Shown here piece by piece: positions 16,076 to 27,279 of a stretch of DNA of 64,000 nucleotides. Below the pieces are notes generated by a model. The model did no database searches. It was given only the letters and a program-made list of their open reading frames with translations, and had not been told where the DNA came from. A program made the translations under genes and the position numbers. The number at the start of each line of letters is the position of its first letter. The stretch's first letter is position 1. Origin of the DNA: Verrucomicrobiota bacterium (GTDB lineage: Bacteria > Verrucomicrobiota > Verrucomicrobiia > Opitutales > Cerasicoccaceae). The stretch is from assembly GCA_039818205.1 (NCBI GenBank), contig JBCBUK010000013.1:1-64000 (forward strand), given 5' to 3'.

Positions 16076-17323
16076 ATGAGTAACGAAATCCTTTCAGTCC
16101 TAGAATACATGGAAAAGGAAAAGGGGATCAGCCGCGAGGACATGATCACCACCATTTCTTCGGCGATTCGCAATGCTGCGCAAAAGGGTGTCAATGCAGG
16201 GCAGGAGCTCAAGGTTGAGATCAACCCTCGCAACGGCGCGCTCAAGGCGTGGGCCGAATTGACCGTGGTCGACTCCGTGAGTGATCCCTCGAATGAAATT
16301 CACGTTGAGAAGGCCACCATCTATAAGAATGACCCGCAAATCGGGGACAAAGTCTATCGTGAAATCGATCCCTCATTCTTGGGCCGGATTGCTGCGCAAA
16401 CTGCGCGCCAGGCCATCATGCAGCGGATTCGACAGTTCGAGAAGGAGCGTATTTTTGACGACTATAAAGACCAGGTTGGTGATGTCGTCTCGGGTATTGT
16501 TCGCCGCCGCGAGCGCGGAGACTTGATCGTTGATTTGGGCAAGGCCGAAGCTGTCTTGCCACCCCGTGAGCGTGTTCCCGGTGAGGACTACGCGCCGGGC
16601 GAGCGTATTCGCTGTCTCCTCCTCAAGATCGATACCACACCTCGTGGCCCAGAATTGATCCTTTCCCGTGCATCCTTGCACTTTGTCCGTCGCTTATTCG
16701 AGTTGGAAGTCACCGAGATCGCCGACGGCACCGTGGCCATCGAGGGGATGGCCCGCGAGCCGGGTTACCGTTCGAAGCTGGCGGTTCACAGCAAAGACCC
16801 GAAGGTTGACCCTGTCGGCGCCTGTGTGGGCGCGCGTGGTGCCCGGGTTAAAAGCATCGTCCGTGAGCTTGGCGGCGAAAAAATCGATATCATCAAGTAT
16901 GATCCCGATCCAATTGCCCTCCTTGAGGAAGCCATCAAACCAGCGATTCCACGAAACATTCGCATGGACGAGGAGCACCGCCGCATTTACTTCGAAGTCA
17001 ACGAAGAGGATTTATCCATTGCGATTGGCCGCCGCGGTCAGAATGCGAAGCTGACGTCCAAGCTCCTTGGATGGCGCCTGGATATCGGCAAGCTCAAGGT
17101 TCAGGAGCAAGGCTTTGAAGAGAAACGCCAGGAGGCGATTCTCACATTGGCTGAGCGCACTGGGCTTCCTGTCCCGAAGGCAGCTGTCCTCGTCGATAGC
17201 GGTCTAAACAACATTGAAGCCTTCGTTGGCGTTGAGGCCGATGACCTCATCGACATGGGCCTCACCGAAGAAGAAGCCGGTAAGGTTATATCTAAAGTAG
17301 CCGAATCAATGGCTGGTCAATAA
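16076..17323 (+). CDS. nusA: Transcription termination factor NusA
   Basis: '[11 protein letters not shown]', S1 and KH domains, '[11 protein letters not shown]', '[13 protein letters not shown]'. Confidence 0.98.
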   Translation: MSNEILSVLEYMEKEKGISREDMITTISSAIRNAAQKGVNAGQELKVEINPRNGALKAWAELTVVDSVSDPSNEIHVEKATIYKNDPQIGDKVYREIDPSFLGRIAAQTARQAIMQRIRQFEKERIFDDYKDQVGDVVSGIVRRRERGDLIVDLGKAEAVLPPRERVPGEDYAPGERIRCLLLKIDTTPRGPELILSRASLHFVRRLFELEVTEIADGTVAIEGMAREPGYRSKLAVHSKDPKVDPVGACVGARGARVKSIVRELGGEKIDIIKYDPDPIALLEEAIKPAIPRNIRMDEEHRRIYFEVNEEDLSIAIGRRGQNAKLTSKLLGWRLDIGKLKVQEQGFEEKRQEAILTLAERTGLPVPKAAVLVDSGLNNIEAFVGVEADDLIDMGLTEEEAGKVISKVAESMAGQ

Positions 17324-17398
17324 AGCCAGCCGTTTTCCATCATCGCCGTCCTCGAAATTACCGCAATCAAGCCTAAGCAGAGATAATCGAAACTTTAT

Positions 17399-19897
17399 AT
17401 GAGCGTCCGAATATATGAGATCTCCCGTGAGCTCGAAATGGAGAACAAGGAGGTCATGGACATCCTGCGAAAGCGGGGGTTTGAGGTTAAGAGTGCCTCG
17501 AGTACCATCGACAACATCTCCGCGGAAGCCTTTATCGAAGAGCATAAGGCCAAGACCACGGCAGCAGCCAGTGAGCCCGCTCCAGCGGGGGCTCCAGCCG
17601 GTGCCGTAGCAGCGAAGCCAGCTCCCATACCGTCAGCCCCGAAGCCGAACATTCCTGCCGGAGCGATCGTGAAGTCCAAGGCGGACTTAGATCGTGAACG
17701 CCTGGCAAAGGAAGCAGCTGAGAAGAAGGCGGTCGAAAACGAGTTGGAAAAGCGCCGGCTCGACCGCGAAGCGGTCGCACAAAAGGCTGCCCCGGAGCCG
17801 GAGCAACCAACAGCGAAGACCCCGAAGATGCCGACCATGCCATCGGGCAAGTCTCCCGGTATGCCTTCGATGCCTCGCCCAGCTGGCACCAAGTCTCCCA
17901 ACATGGGTTCGGCGCCGCCGCCCGTGCCAAAGATGTCAATGCCAGCTCCGACAAAGCCGAAAGAGGAGCGCGCCCCAGATGTAACTTTGCCGCCTAAGGC
18001 ACCGCCGGCACCATCTATTCCTTCCCGTGAGGAGACCAAGAAGGTTGTCATTGGCGCGTCACAGCCCAACAAGCCAGCCTCCGTCGAGGAGGGTAAGGTT
18101 GTTGAGCAGGATGGTCAGAAGATCATTCAGGTTAAGCCTCCAATCGTTGTTCGCGACTTCGCTGGTTTGATTGGCATGAAGCCGTTCAAGCTGATTTCTG
18201 AGCTGATGGATTCGGGCATTTTTGCCGGAATGAACCAGACGATCGAGGAAGACGTTGCGGCGACACTGGCTGAGAAACATGGATTTAAGCTCGAAATTCG
18301 CCACCGCGGTGAGGAGCAAACCCAGCCCAAGAAAAACAAGGTAAAAGCCAAGGTCGACGACGACGATCCTGAGTTGCTGGAATCGCGTCCGCCGGTTGTG
18401 TGTGTGCTGGGTCACGTTGACCACGGTAAAACTACGCTGCTGGACTCAATCCGCAAAGCTAACGTGGTCTCTGGTGAGGCGGGTGGAATTACGCAGCATA
18501 TCGGTGCGTATCAGGTTGAGCAAAACGGTCATAAGATTACTTTCATCGACACCCCGGGTCACGCGGCGTTCTCTAAGATGCGTGAGCGTGGTGCGAATGT
18601 GACCGACGTTGCGATTCTGGTCGTTGCCGCGGATGACGGATTCATGCCGCAGACTGATGAGGCTCTCAAGTTTGCCCAGAAAGCCAACGTTCCAGTGGTG
18701 ATTGCCATCAACAAGATGGACGCCAAGGGCGCCAACATCGATCGGGTGAAGCAGCAGTTGCAGGAGCGCGGAATTGCATCGGAAGATTGGGGTGGTGAAA
18801 CACTCTGTGCGCCCGTTTCGGCAATAAACGGTGAGGGCATCGAAGAATTGTTGGAATTGGTTCTCCTCCAAGCGGAAGTTCTGGAGTTGAAGGCCAATCC
18901 GAAGTGTGATCCTCAGGGCATCATCATCGAGTCGCAAGTGGAGCAAGGTCGTGGTTCAACGGCGACCGTCATCGTCCAAAAGGGCACGCTCAAGGCGGGT
19001 TCAGCACTTGTTTGCGGGGCGACCTACTGTAAGGTTCGTGCAATGCTCGACGAGAATGGCAAGCAAGTGAAGTCTGCTCCGCCGTCGACGCCCGTGCGCA
19101 TCATGGGTTGGTCCGATGCGCCGGACGCGGGTAATGAGTTTATCACGGTCAAGAATGACAAGGTGGCTCGTCGCCAAGCCGAGGAAACCGCTGAGGTGCT
19201 GAAAAAGGAAAGCTTGGATCGCCAGGCCGCTGGTTCAGCTCCGATGAGTTTGGAAGATCTGCTTGGTCAGATCGACAGCAAGCAGCAGAAAACGCTACGG
19301 GTTATCGTTAAGGCCGACGTTCATGGTTCCATGGAAGCGGTTATCGGCATGCTCGAAGCCATCCACAGCGACAAGGTTTCGCTGGAGGTGCTGGAAGCTG
19401 ATGTTGGTCTCGTTTCGAAGAACGACGTGGTTCTCGCGGGTTCGTCCGAAGCAGCCGTCATTGCGTTCAACACCAAGATGGAGAATGGCGTTCAGGCGCA
19501 GGCCAAACACGGCGACGTCCGCATTATCCAGCACAACATCATTTACGAGCTTATCGACCAGGTAAAAGAGGCGATGGCCGAACTGCTCGAGCCCGAGTAC
19601 CGCGAAAACAAGTTGGGTGCCGCCGAAGTGCGCGCAGTATTTCCAGTGGCGAAGGGTTTTGCAGCGGGTTGTATGGTTACCGAAGGGATCCTCAAGCGCG
19701 ACGCGTTTGCCCGCCTCTTGCGCGGTAGCGACGTTGTGGCTGATGGACGAATCGGCACCTTGCGCCGCTTTAAGGACGATGCAACCGAAGTGCGGGCTGG
19801 CTACGAATGTGGTGCGGCGATCACCGGTTGTAACGATTACCAGGAAAAGGATGTCATCGAGGCGTTCGAGATCGTCGAATTCCGTCCAAGCCTGTAG
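17399..19897 (+). CDS. infB: Translation initiation factor IF-2
   Basis: '[12 protein letters not shown]', '[10 protein letters not shown]', 'DTPGH', 'INKMD'. Confidence 0.98.
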   Translation: MSVRIYEISRELEMENKEVMDILRKRGFEVKSASSTIDNISAEAFIEEHKAKTTAAASEPAPAGAPAGAVAAKPAPIPSAPKPNIPAGAIVKSKADLDRERLAKEAAEKKAVENELEKRRLDREAVAQKAAPEPEQPTAKTPKMPTMPSGKSPGMPSMPRPAGTKSPNMGSAPPPVPKMSMPAPTKPKEERAPDVTLPPKAPPAPSIPSREETKKVVIGASQPNKPASVEEGKVVEQDGQKIIQVKPPIVVRDFAGLIGMKPFKLISELMDSGIFAGMNQTIEEDVAATLAEKHGFKLEIRHRGEEQTQPKKNKVKAKVDDDDPELLESRPPVVCVLGHVDHGKTTLLDSIRKANVVSGEAGGITQHIGAYQVEQNGHKITFIDTPGHAAFSKMRERGANVTDVAILVVAADDGFMPQTDEALKFAQKANVPVVIAINKMDAKGANIDRVKQQLQERGIASEDWGGETLCAPVSAINGEGIEELLELVLLQAEVLELKANPKCDPQGIIIESQVEQGRGSTATVIVQKGTLKAGSALVCGATYCKVRAMLDENGKQVKSAPPSTPVRIMGWSDAPDAGNEFITVKNDKVARRQAEETAEVLKKESLDRQAAGSAPMSLEDLLGQIDSKQQKTLRVIVKADVHGSMEAVIGMLEAIHSDKVSLEVLEADVGLVSKNDVVLAGSSEAAVIAFNTKMENGVQAQAKHGDVRIIQHNIIYELIDQVKEAMAELLEPEYRENKLGAAEVRAVFPVAKGFAAGCMVTEGILKRDAFARLLRGSDVVADGRIGTLRRFKDDATEVRAGYECGAAITGCNDYQEKDVIEAFEIVEFRPSL

Positions 19898-19988
19898 GAT
19901 TTAATTGAGCCGCGAAGAAGCGCGGATGGTAGACCAGGCACGGATATGGTGCTTGGTCTTCATTCGTTTTGGCTTTAACTTATCGAAT

Positions 19989-20357
19989 ATGCCTTCACGC
20001 CAAGTCAGGGTTAATGAGCTCGTAAAACGTGAGATCAGCCATGTGCTGCACACGAACTATCGCGAGCGTACGGTCAGTACGACGATCACGGAGGTCGACG
20101 TGTCTCCGGACCTGCGTGTCGCCCACGTCTTTTATTCCGTTATTGGTGATCAGGAGGCCGTTGCGAAGGCGGAAAAGTTTTTTGCCCAGGAGCATAAGAA
20201 CATTCGCCAGTTTTTGGCCAAGGCAGTCGTTTTGAAATATCTGCCGAAGCTGAAGTTCATTTTCGATGACTCCTTCGCGCGGGGCTCTCGCGTTCTGGAC
20301 TTGTTGGGTGAGATCGACGATGAGGAGTTGGATACCGACGACGAACCGAACAACTAG
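19989..20357 (+). CDS. rbfA: Ribosome-binding factor A
   Basis: 'RVNELVKREIS', 'ITEVDVSPDLRVA', 'PKLKFIFDDS'; follows infB. Confidence 0.93.
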   Translation: MPSRQVRVNELVKREISHVLHTNYRERTVSTTITEVDVSPDLRVAHVFYSVIGDQEAVAKAEKFFAQEHKNIRQFLAKAVVLKYLPKLKFIFDDSFARGSRVLDLLGEIDDEELDTDDEPNN

Positions 20358-20359
20358 TC

Positions 20360-21364
20360 ATGAAGTATTTTCCAGAGCAACACGATCGCTTTGCAGAGCT
20401 TTTAGAGGCGGTTAAGGATCGCCCGACGGCTGTGCTTGGGCATATGCGGCCGGACGGAGACTGCATTGGGTCCCAGGTTGCGTTGACGCGTGTGCTGCTT
20501 CAAACCGGCGTCGACGCGGTTGCCGTCAATCGTCATCCGGCGCCTCGGGACATCGCTCCCTTTGTGGGGGACACGCCATTGCTCCTTTGGGATGAGTTCA
20601 AGATGGACGGTCATGTTTCGATCAACGTTGACTGCGCCGATCCGATCCGGGTTTCCCAAAAGCTTGTGGATATTTTTCCCGAAACCTTGGCGAATATCGA
20701 CCATCACATTTCGAATCCAAGCTACGCGAAAATTAATATCGTCGAATCGCAAAGCGCGGCAACGGCTGAGCTCTTGGCGGGATTATTTTTTGATTTCGGA
20801 TTGCCGGTAGATGCGACCACCGCGCAGGCCTTATACGTCGGTATCGCGACAGACACTGGTCAGTTCCGTTTCCCGTCCACCACCGAACGTGTGTTCAAGA
20901 TTTGTTCGCAGTTGATGGACCACGGAGCCTCACCGAGCGAGGCAGCAAAATACCTTTTTGAGAACGAGCGTTTCAACAAGCTCGCCCTCTTGCAGCGTTT
21001 CCTGGCATCGCTTCGCCTTGAGCTGGAAGGCCGGGTTTGCATTGGGCGATTGCCGCTCACGGCCTATGAGTCAACCCACGCCTGGCGCGAAGAAGCCGAA
21101 GGCTTTGTTGACTACGCGCGGGACATTCAAGGAGTCGAGATCGGGATCTTACTTGAGGAATACGATGACGGAACCTTGAAGGGTAGTCTGCGGGCTAAGG
21201 ATCCGCACTACCGCGTCGACCAAATTGCTAAGCGTTTTGGCGGCGGCGGGCACGCGTGCGCGGCAGGTTTCAATGTCGATACCAACATCGAAACCTTTTA
21301 TCTCGATATTGTTGCGGCGCTCGCCGCGCATCTAGCGGAGGTTCAACCAATCGCACAGGCCTGA
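20360..21364 (+). CDS. nrnA: DHH family bifunctional oligoribonuclease/pAp phosphatase
   Basis: 'HMRPDGDCIGS', 'IDHH', 'TDTGQF', 'GGGGHACAAG'. Confidence 0.9.
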   Translation: MKYFPEQHDRFAELLEAVKDRPTAVLGHMRPDGDCIGSQVALTRVLLQTGVDAVAVNRHPAPRDIAPFVGDTPLLLWDEFKMDGHVSINVDCADPIRVSQKLVDIFPETLANIDHHISNPSYAKINIVESQSAATAELLAGLFFDFGLPVDATTAQALYVGIATDTGQFRFPSTTERVFKICSQLMDHGASPSEAAKYLFENERFNKLALLQRFLASLRLELEGRVCIGRLPLTAYESTHAWREEAEGFVDYARDIQGVEIGILLEEYDDGTLKGSLRAKDPHYRVDQIAKRFGGGGHACAAGFNVDTNIETFYLDIVAALAAHLAEVQPIAQA

Positions 21365-21431
21365 ATCTTAGCAGAGCAGGGTTGACCTCGAGAGAATACT
21401 GGCTGTCATCATTTGCTTCTCTTTTTATTCC

Positions 21432-22157
21432 ATGTCTCAATCCACTCCAGATTTCGAAGGCGTCTTGTTGATCGACAAACCACAGGGTTGCACCTCGCAC
21501 GATGTGGTCGATCGCGTCCGCCGGAAGTTGAAAATGAAGAAGGTCGGGCACGCCGGCACTTTGGACCCCAATGCGACGGGCCTGCTGATAATGCTGATCG
21601 GCAAGGCAACTAAGGTTTCCCAGTACCTTATGTCTTTGGACAAGGAGTATGAGGGCGTCATCAAGCTCGGCGAGATAACCAACTCCTATGATTCCGAAGG
21701 CGAAATCATGGAGACGCGCGATGTTCCGGAGCTCGACGAAGCCCGGGTCAACGAGGTGTTTGGCGAGTTCCTGGGTGACCAATACCAGACGCCGCCAATG
21801 TTTTCCGCGAAGAAAATCGATGGTGTGCCGCTCTACAAGCTGGCCCGAAAGGGTAAAGAAATCGAGCGTGAGCCTCGCTTTATTCGCATTTCCCGCATCG
21901 AGCTGACCAAGCTGGAGACTCCAGAGCTGACCTTCGAGGTCGCCTGCAGCAAGGGAACTTACATCCGAACGCTCGCACATGACATCGGTGAAAAACTGGG
22001 CTGCGGCGCGCACCTGTCAGCCCTCCGGCGCACCGTCAGCGGCAGTTTCAAGATTTCTCAATGCACACCGCTGGATAAGTTTGAGGACCTCACCGCCGTG
22101 GAGATCCGGCGCCGGCTGATTCCGATCTATCAAGCGGTCCCGAGCCACGTCTTGTAG
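21432..22157 (+). CDS. truB: tRNA pseudouridine(55) synthase
   Basis: 'GHAGTLDP', '[11 protein letters not shown]', '[10 protein letters not shown]'. Confidence 0.97.
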   Translation: MSQSTPDFEGVLLIDKPQGCTSHDVVDRVRRKLKMKKVGHAGTLDPNATGLLIMLIGKATKVSQYLMSLDKEYEGVIKLGEITNSYDSEGEIMETRDVPELDEARVNEVFGEFLGDQYQTPPMFSAKKIDGVPLYKLARKGKEIEREPRFIRISRIELTKLETPELTFEVACSKGTYIRTLAHDIGEKLGCGAHLSALRRTVSGSFKISQCTPLDKFEDLTAVEIRRRLIPIYQAVPSHVL

Positions 22158-22192
22158 CTGGACGCCGGATTGAAACCCAATTGTCTGCGCAG

Positions 22193-23134
22193 ATGCCCAC
22201 CGTTCTCGAGTCCCTGGATCAAGTCAGCATCAGGCGCCCGTTACATTTGGCTTTGGGCATGTTCGACGGCGTGCACATGGGGCATCAGGCGGTGATCGAG
22301 TCGGCAGTTCATTCGGCGCAGCGAACCGAGGGAATTGCCGGGGTGCTTACTTTCGACCCGCATCCAAGCACCTTGTTTCGGCCGGACAACCCAACGCGCT
22401 TATTGCAGCCCCGCAGTGTGAAACAGCACCTCCTGGCTGAGCGCGGTGTGGAGCTCACGATTTTTCAGGAGTTCACCGAGGCTTTTGCTTCGGTCGACGC
22501 TAGTGACTTTCCCGCCATGCTCAAACAGCATGCGCCAACCCTAAAGTCGCTGCACATTGGCGAGAACTTCCGTTTTGGCCGGGGGCGCCAGGGGGATGTG
22601 AGCACCTTGGTCGAGATTTGCCGTCCGCTGCACATTGGGGTGTTCAGCGTGGAGCGCATCAAGCACAACGGCGAGCCCATCAGCAGTACCCGGATTCGGG
22701 GATCCTTGGAGAATGGGCAGATCGCTGACGTGAACGAGCTCTTGGGCTATTCTTATTTCTCGTTGGGGGAGGCTGTGCCCGGTCGGCAGCTGGGGCGCAC
22801 CATCGGCTTCCCGACTCTGAATCTTCGCTGGTCACCAGAATTAGAGCCGGGTAAAGGCGTCTATGTCGTCCGTGTGCGCAAAGACGAGCCAGGAGAGGTT
22901 TGGGAAAATGCGGTGGCCAACTACGGGCTGCGCCCGACGGTCGAGAATGCGGCGGTAGAACCGTTGCTGGAAGTGCATACGTTGGGAGACACTCAGCTGA
23001 CTACGGCTGATTCGCTCATCGTTGAGTGGCTCGATTTTATTCGGCCTGAGCAGAAGTTTGACTCGCTCGACGCTTTGAAGGCTCAGATCACTGCTGATAA
23101 GGCGGCAGCGGTCGCCTGGTTTGGCCAGGAGTAG
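22193..23134 (+). CDS. ribF: Riboflavin kinase/FAD synthetase
   Basis: 'GMFDGVHMGHQ', 'ISSTRIR', 'LGRTIGFPTLN', 'RPEQKF'. Confidence 0.95.
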   Translation: MPTVLESLDQVSIRRPLHLALGMFDGVHMGHQAVIESAVHSAQRTEGIAGVLTFDPHPSTLFRPDNPTRLLQPRSVKQHLLAERGVELTIFQEFTEAFASVDASDFPAMLKQHAPTLKSLHIGENFRFGRGRQGDVSTLVEICRPLHIGVFSVERIKHNGEPISSTRIRGSLENGQIADVNELLGYSYFSLGEAVPGRQLGRTIGFPTLNLRWSPELEPGKGVYVVRVRKDEPGEVWENAVANYGLRPTVENAAVEPLLEVHTLGDTQLTTADSLIVEWLDFIRPEQKFDSLDALKAQITADKAAAVAWFGQE

Positions 23135-23144
23135 GTGGGGCACG

Positions 23145-23170
23145 AAAAAGGCACGCAATTGATGCGTGCC
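23145..23170 (-). terminator. Intrinsic terminator after ndk
   Basis: GGCACGCA-5nt-TGCGTGCC with adjacent A5 (U-tract on the minus strand). Confidence 0.7.
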
Positions 23171-23199
23171 CTGGTAACAGAAAATGTGTTGGCGTTTGC

Positions 23200-23616
23200 T
23201 TAGCCGTAGATTTCGTCTTCGGAGAAGAAGCGTTTGATCTCAGCTGCGGCGGTGTCTGGGCCGTCGGAGGCGTGGCAAACGTTGATCATCATGGTCTCGC
23301 CCATGTCCCCACGGATAGTGCCTGCAGGCGCCTTGGTCGAGTCGGTTGGCCCGAGCAGTTCGCGCACCTGGTTGATCACGTCATCACCCTTGAGGATCAA
23401 CATGATGACCGGGCTCGAGCTCATGAAGGCTTCGATCTCAGGAAAGAATGGCTTGTCGGCGACGTGAGCGTAGTGCTCGCGCAGAATTTCTGGGCCGAGC
23501 TTGGCCATTTTGCAGGCAACGATTTCAAAACCGGCTTCAGCGAAACGATCCAAGGCCTTGCCCCAGAGTTTCTTTTCCATGCAGTCGGGTTTGAGGATGA
23601 TGAAGGTTTTTTCCAT
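23200..23616 (-). CDS. ndk: Nucleoside diphosphate kinase
   Basis: 'TFIILKPD', 'GTIRGD', 'NVCHASD'. Confidence 0.97.
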   Translation of the reverse strand: MEKTFIILKPDCMEKKLWGKALDRFAEAGFEIVACKMAKLGPEILREHYAHVADKPFFPEIEAFMSSSPVIMLILKGDDVINQVRELLGPTDSTKAPAGTIRGDMGETMMINVCHASDGPDTAAAEIKRFFSEDEIYG

Positions 23617-23866
23617 GGTTTCGTAGATGTTTAGCGCGTCACCATAGCCCTAGATTTCACGGTGACAAGGCCTTAGTTTTACCTGGGAGCCAGCGATCGA
23701 AAGTCTGACCGCCTGGGGCGAAGCTGCCTTTCATCGATTGGTCGGGAGTAGGAGTCGATTCCAACTGGTAAATTCGTAATGGCCTCGAAAACCGCCTATT
23801 ACACCCGAATTTCGCAATAAAATATTATGTCTTGTCGGCGCAATTTATAATGATATTCATCACAGT

Positions 23867-24535
23867 ATGGATGCTGATTCTTCTTCAAAAGCAAATACTG
23901 TGTGCCCGACTTGTGGGGCGTCGGTGCCGTCATCGCACCTGATTCCAGCGGGCGATAGCTTCGTTTGTCCAAGCTGCCGCGACCAATATTTGCAGGGGCT
24001 TAAAGAGACGGGTTCGATGAAGATCAACCAGGAGGACGAGGCGATCCGTCAGGAGTATATCAAGCACGAGGCATCGCTTAAGTCGGTCGGTCTTCTATAT
24101 TTTCTGGGCGCATTCTTTGTGCTGCTGGCTGGATTGATGGGGCTCGTTGGGGCGCTCGATGCCGGCTCGGGGCAAGGTGCTGAGGGAGCGGGATTCTTGA
24201 TTGGTTACACGGTGGCAATGCTTGTCATCAGTGGCTTGATGTTTGCGGTTGCCTTTGGGTTCCGGAAGCTGAAGCCGTGGGTGAAGATTCCGGGCACAAT
24301 CGTTGCCTGTCTTGGTCTGTTGAACTTTCCAATTGGCACGCTGATCAATGCTTACATCCTGTTCCTTATCTGGTCCAGAAAGGGACGCTTTGTCCTGACT
24401 CCGGAATACCAAGAGGTCATCGAGGCGACCCCACACATTAAATACAAGACCTCGATCGTTGTTTGGATCTTCTTGGGTATCCTGATTGTTCTGCTTTTGA
24501 CCGCGTTTCTCATCCCGCTGCTCGGGTCCATGTAG
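23867..24535 (+). CDS. Membrane protein with N-terminal Zn ribbon (paralog 1)
   Basis: CPTC...CPSC then TM helices, 'HEASLKSVG', 'FPIGTLIN'. Confidence 0.8.
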   Translation: MDADSSSKANTVCPTCGASVPSSHLIPAGDSFVCPSCRDQYLQGLKETGSMKINQEDEAIRQEYIKHEASLKSVGLLYFLGAFFVLLAGLMGLVGALDAGSGQGAEGAGFLIGYTVAMLVISGLMFAVAFGFRKLKPWVKIPGTIVACLGLLNFPIGTLINAYILFLIWSRKGRFVLTPEYQEVIEATPHIKYKTSIVVWIFLGILIVLLLTAFLIPLLGSM

Positions 24536-24605
24536 CGGTGATTTTTGAAAGTCCGCCTCCATGGGGTAGAATGTCGGTGTAACTTGATTTTAATTACGTC
24601 TCAGC

Positions 24606-25283
24606 ATGAGCACCGACTCCTCCCCAAAATCAACCGCTGAATGTCCCACTTGCGGGGCGTCCGTGCCACCATCGCATCTGATTCCGGTTGGCGATAGCTT
24701 CGTTTGTCCAACTTGCCGCGACCAGTATTTGCAGGGGATAAAAGAGAATGGTTCCATGCTTGTTCAGGATAACGAGGCGACTCGTCAGGAGTATTTAAAG
24801 CATGAGGCCTCCCTCAAGTCGGTCGGTACCCTCTATTGTATCGGTGCCCTCTTTCTCCTGTTGGGTGGAATCATGGAATTGACGATGGTGCTCACGACGA
24901 ACCAGAGCGAAGGCCTTAACAGCGCTTCGTTCACGCAAGGATTGATCGGTTTTGCCATCGGCTCGATTGTGGTTGTTACCGTGGTATTTGTTGTCGCCCG
25001 TGGCTTGCGTAAGATACGGCCCTGGGTGAAGATCCCCGGTACGCTTGTTGCCTCTTTGGGGCTGCTGAGCTTCCCGATTGGCACGTTGATCAACGGGTAT
25101 GTTCTCTACCTGATTTGGTGCAGGAGGGGGCGTTTTGTCCTGTCGCCAGAGTATCGGTTAATCATTGAGGCGACTCCGCACATTAAATCAAAGACCTCGA
25201 TCATTGTTTGGATCTTCTTGGGTGTCATCTTCGCCACTGTTCTGTTCCTTTGGTTGGTGGTTCCTACAGCCGCAACGAGATGA
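24606..25283 (+). CDS. Membrane protein with N-terminal Zn ribbon (paralog 2)
   Basis: Same motifs as 23867-24535. Confidence 0.8.
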   Translation: MSTDSSPKSTAECPTCGASVPPSHLIPVGDSFVCPTCRDQYLQGIKENGSMLVQDNEATRQEYLKHEASLKSVGTLYCIGALFLLLGGIMELTMVLTTNQSEGLNSASFTQGLIGFAIGSIVVVTVVFVVARGLRKIRPWVKIPGTLVASLGLLSFPIGTLINGYVLYLIWCRRGRFVLSPEYRLIIEATPHIKSKTSIIVWIFLGVIFATVLFLWLVVPTAATR

Positions 25284-25351
25284 TGGCGTTTTGATTCGAC
25301 GCTAGAAATCGGTCTCGGTAGACTTTTCCTAATAATAAACGCTAGAACCCA

Positions 25352-25774
25352 ATGACGCTTGATCAACAAGAGGCGAACAAGGCGCTGATGCGCGAGTTCA
25401 TCGACGTGGTTCAAAATCAGCATGATCTTGAGGCGATTGACCGGTTCTTTTCCCCGGATTTTGTCAACTACACGATCCAACCGCCCTTTCCCAAAAATCG
25501 AGAAGGGAGCACCGAGGTTCATCGAGCCCTCTTTGCGGGGATTCCCGATTTGAAAACGGTCATCGATGACCTCGCAGCCGATGGCGATAAAGTGTGGACC
25601 TACAAGACGATGTCGGGAACGCACGCGGGCGACCTCTACGGCATCCCGCCGACCGGCCAGGCGATTCGTTTCAAAGTCATCGATATCATGACCATTCAGA
25701 ATGGCAAAATCACCGAACACTGGCACGTGACCGATCTTGGACAGCTCCTCGATCAATTACGCGCGGAGCAATAG
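25352..25774 (+). CDS. SnoaL-like ester cyclase family protein
   Basis: 'ANKALMREF', 'IDDLAADGDKV', 'GTHAGDLYGIPPTG', 'GKITEHW'. Confidence 0.88.
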   Translation: MTLDQQEANKALMREFIDVVQNQHDLEAIDRFFSPDFVNYTIQPPFPKNREGSTEVHRALFAGIPDLKTVIDDLAADGDKVWTYKTMSGTHAGDLYGIPPTGQAIRFKVIDIMTIQNGKITEHWHVTDLGQLLDQLRAEQ

Positions 25775-25816
25775 TTCGGTGTTATTTGCCGCACACGGCG
25801 CGGCTAGAGCCTTTGC

Positions 25817-27091
25817 CTAGAATGGCCCGATGCGGTCGGAGCCAAACCACTTCTGGAGGCATTCAGGAACGGCAACTGAGCCGTCCTCCTGCAAGTTGTT
25901 TTCTAGCAATGCGGCGAGGACCCGTGGAATCGCGAGACCGGAGCCGTTCAGCGTGTGCAGAATCTCGGCTTTGCCACCCGTCGCGGGGCGGTAGCGGATG
26001 CCGGCACGGCGCGCTTGGAAATCGGTGAAATTCGAGCAGGAGGAAACCTCGAGCCAGCGCTTCTGGCCGCCAGCCCAGACTTCGAGGTCGTATTGCTTTG
26101 CGTGGGGGAAGCCGATGTCGCCCGTGCACATCAAGAGCACGCGATAGGGCAGACCGAGCTTTTGGAGGATGCGTTCGGCATCGCCACGGAGCTTTTCCAG
26201 TTCGTCGAAAGAGGTATCTGGGTGCACCCACTTGACCAGCTCAACCTTATCGAACTGGTGCAGGCGGTTGAGGCCACGGACATGGCTGCCCCAGCTTCCG
26301 GCTTCGCGGCGGAAACAGGGAGTGTAGCCGCAGCGGTAGACGGGAAGTTCTTTTTCCTCGAAGGTCTCCTCGCGGAAAAAATTGGTTACCGGCACCTCGG
26401 CGGTTGGGATCAAATAGAGATCGTCCTTGGTGGCGTGGTACATCTGACCTTCCTTGTCCGGAAGCTGTCCGGTTGCCGTGGCGCTGGCCGCATTGACTAG
26501 GAGCGGGGGCAATACTTCGGTGTAGCCATTGCTGTGTGCCTCATCGAGGAAGAAAGTGATCAGGGCGCGGACAAAGCGGGCCATGTCGCCCACGTAGAAG
26601 GGGAATCCAGCTCCGGTGGCTTTGACGCCACGCTCGAAATCGATGGCTTTGCTGAACCAGGCGATGTCCCAATGAGGAACGGCGCAGGCCGAGACCTCAT
26701 CAATGCTGCCGTGCTCGGCAGCAACCACGTTCTCGTCCTCCGTTTTACCGACGGGCACACTTTCGTGCGGGACATTGGGAATTTGCAGAAAGAGTGTCTT
26801 CCACTGGGATTCGACTTCGGCTGCAGCTGCCTCGAGGTCGCGAACCTCGTCCGACATGGCCTTCATTTTTTTGAGGGCTTCCTGGGCTTCGGGCGATTTC
26901 TTGTCCTTGATTTGCCCGAATTCCTTGGAGGCTGCCTTTTGCTCAGCACGGCGCGTCTCGGCTCTGGCGATGGCTGCGCGGCGCTTGTCGTCCAGGGCAT
27001 AGAGCTCATCCCACTCCACCGAAAATTTCTTTTTGGCGATGGCGGCTTTGAGCGCGTCGGGATTGTCACGGAGGAGTTTCAGGTCAATCAT
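25817..27091 (-). CDS. serS: Serine--tRNA ligase
   Basis: 'MIDLKLLR', 'LIPTAEVP', 'CFRREAG', 'HQFDKVE', 'HTLNGSGLA'. Confidence 0.98.
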   Translation of the reverse strand: MIDLKLLRDNPDALKAAIAKKKFSVEWDELYALDDKRRAAIARAETRRAEQKAASKEFGQIKDKKSPEAQEALKKMKAMSDEVRDLEAAAAEVESQWKTLFLQIPNVPHESVPVGKTEDENVVAAEHGSIDEVSACAVPHWDIAWFSKAIDFERGVKATGAGFPFYVGDMARFVRALITFFLDEAHSNGYTEVLPPLLVNAASATATGQLPDKEGQMYHATKDDLYLIPTAEVPVTNFFREETFEEKELPVYRCGYTPCFRREAGSWGSHVRGLNRLHQFDKVELVKWVHPDTSFDELEKLRGDAERILQKLGLPYRVLLMCTGDIGFPHAKQYDLEVWAGGQKRWLEVSSCSNFTDFQARRAGIRYRPATGGKAEILHTLNGSGLAIPRVLAALLENNLQEDGSVAVPECLQKWFGSDRIGPF

Positions 27092-27279
27092 GTCAGGGCT
27101 TCTTTGGAATTTGCAAATCCCGTTCATAGGGGCTTATAGGGAAATGAACAGCGCAAACTTCTGCTATTCTCCGGAATTTGATCGCATATTATTACCGAGG
27201 AGGCCCCGAGTTACATCGGTGTGAATTTGATTTCCATACTGGCAATTAGCCAAATTGATGTGATACCTTGCTCTCCAGA

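Noticed and set aside
17560..18100. Pro/Ala/Lys-rich repetitive region in infB
   Set aside because: Normal variable, low-complexity IF-2 N-terminal linker.
20388..20399. GCTTTGCAGAGC, the module half-sites with no spacer
   Set aside because: Lacks the 5-nt spacer and is a single occurrence inside nrnA; probably chance.
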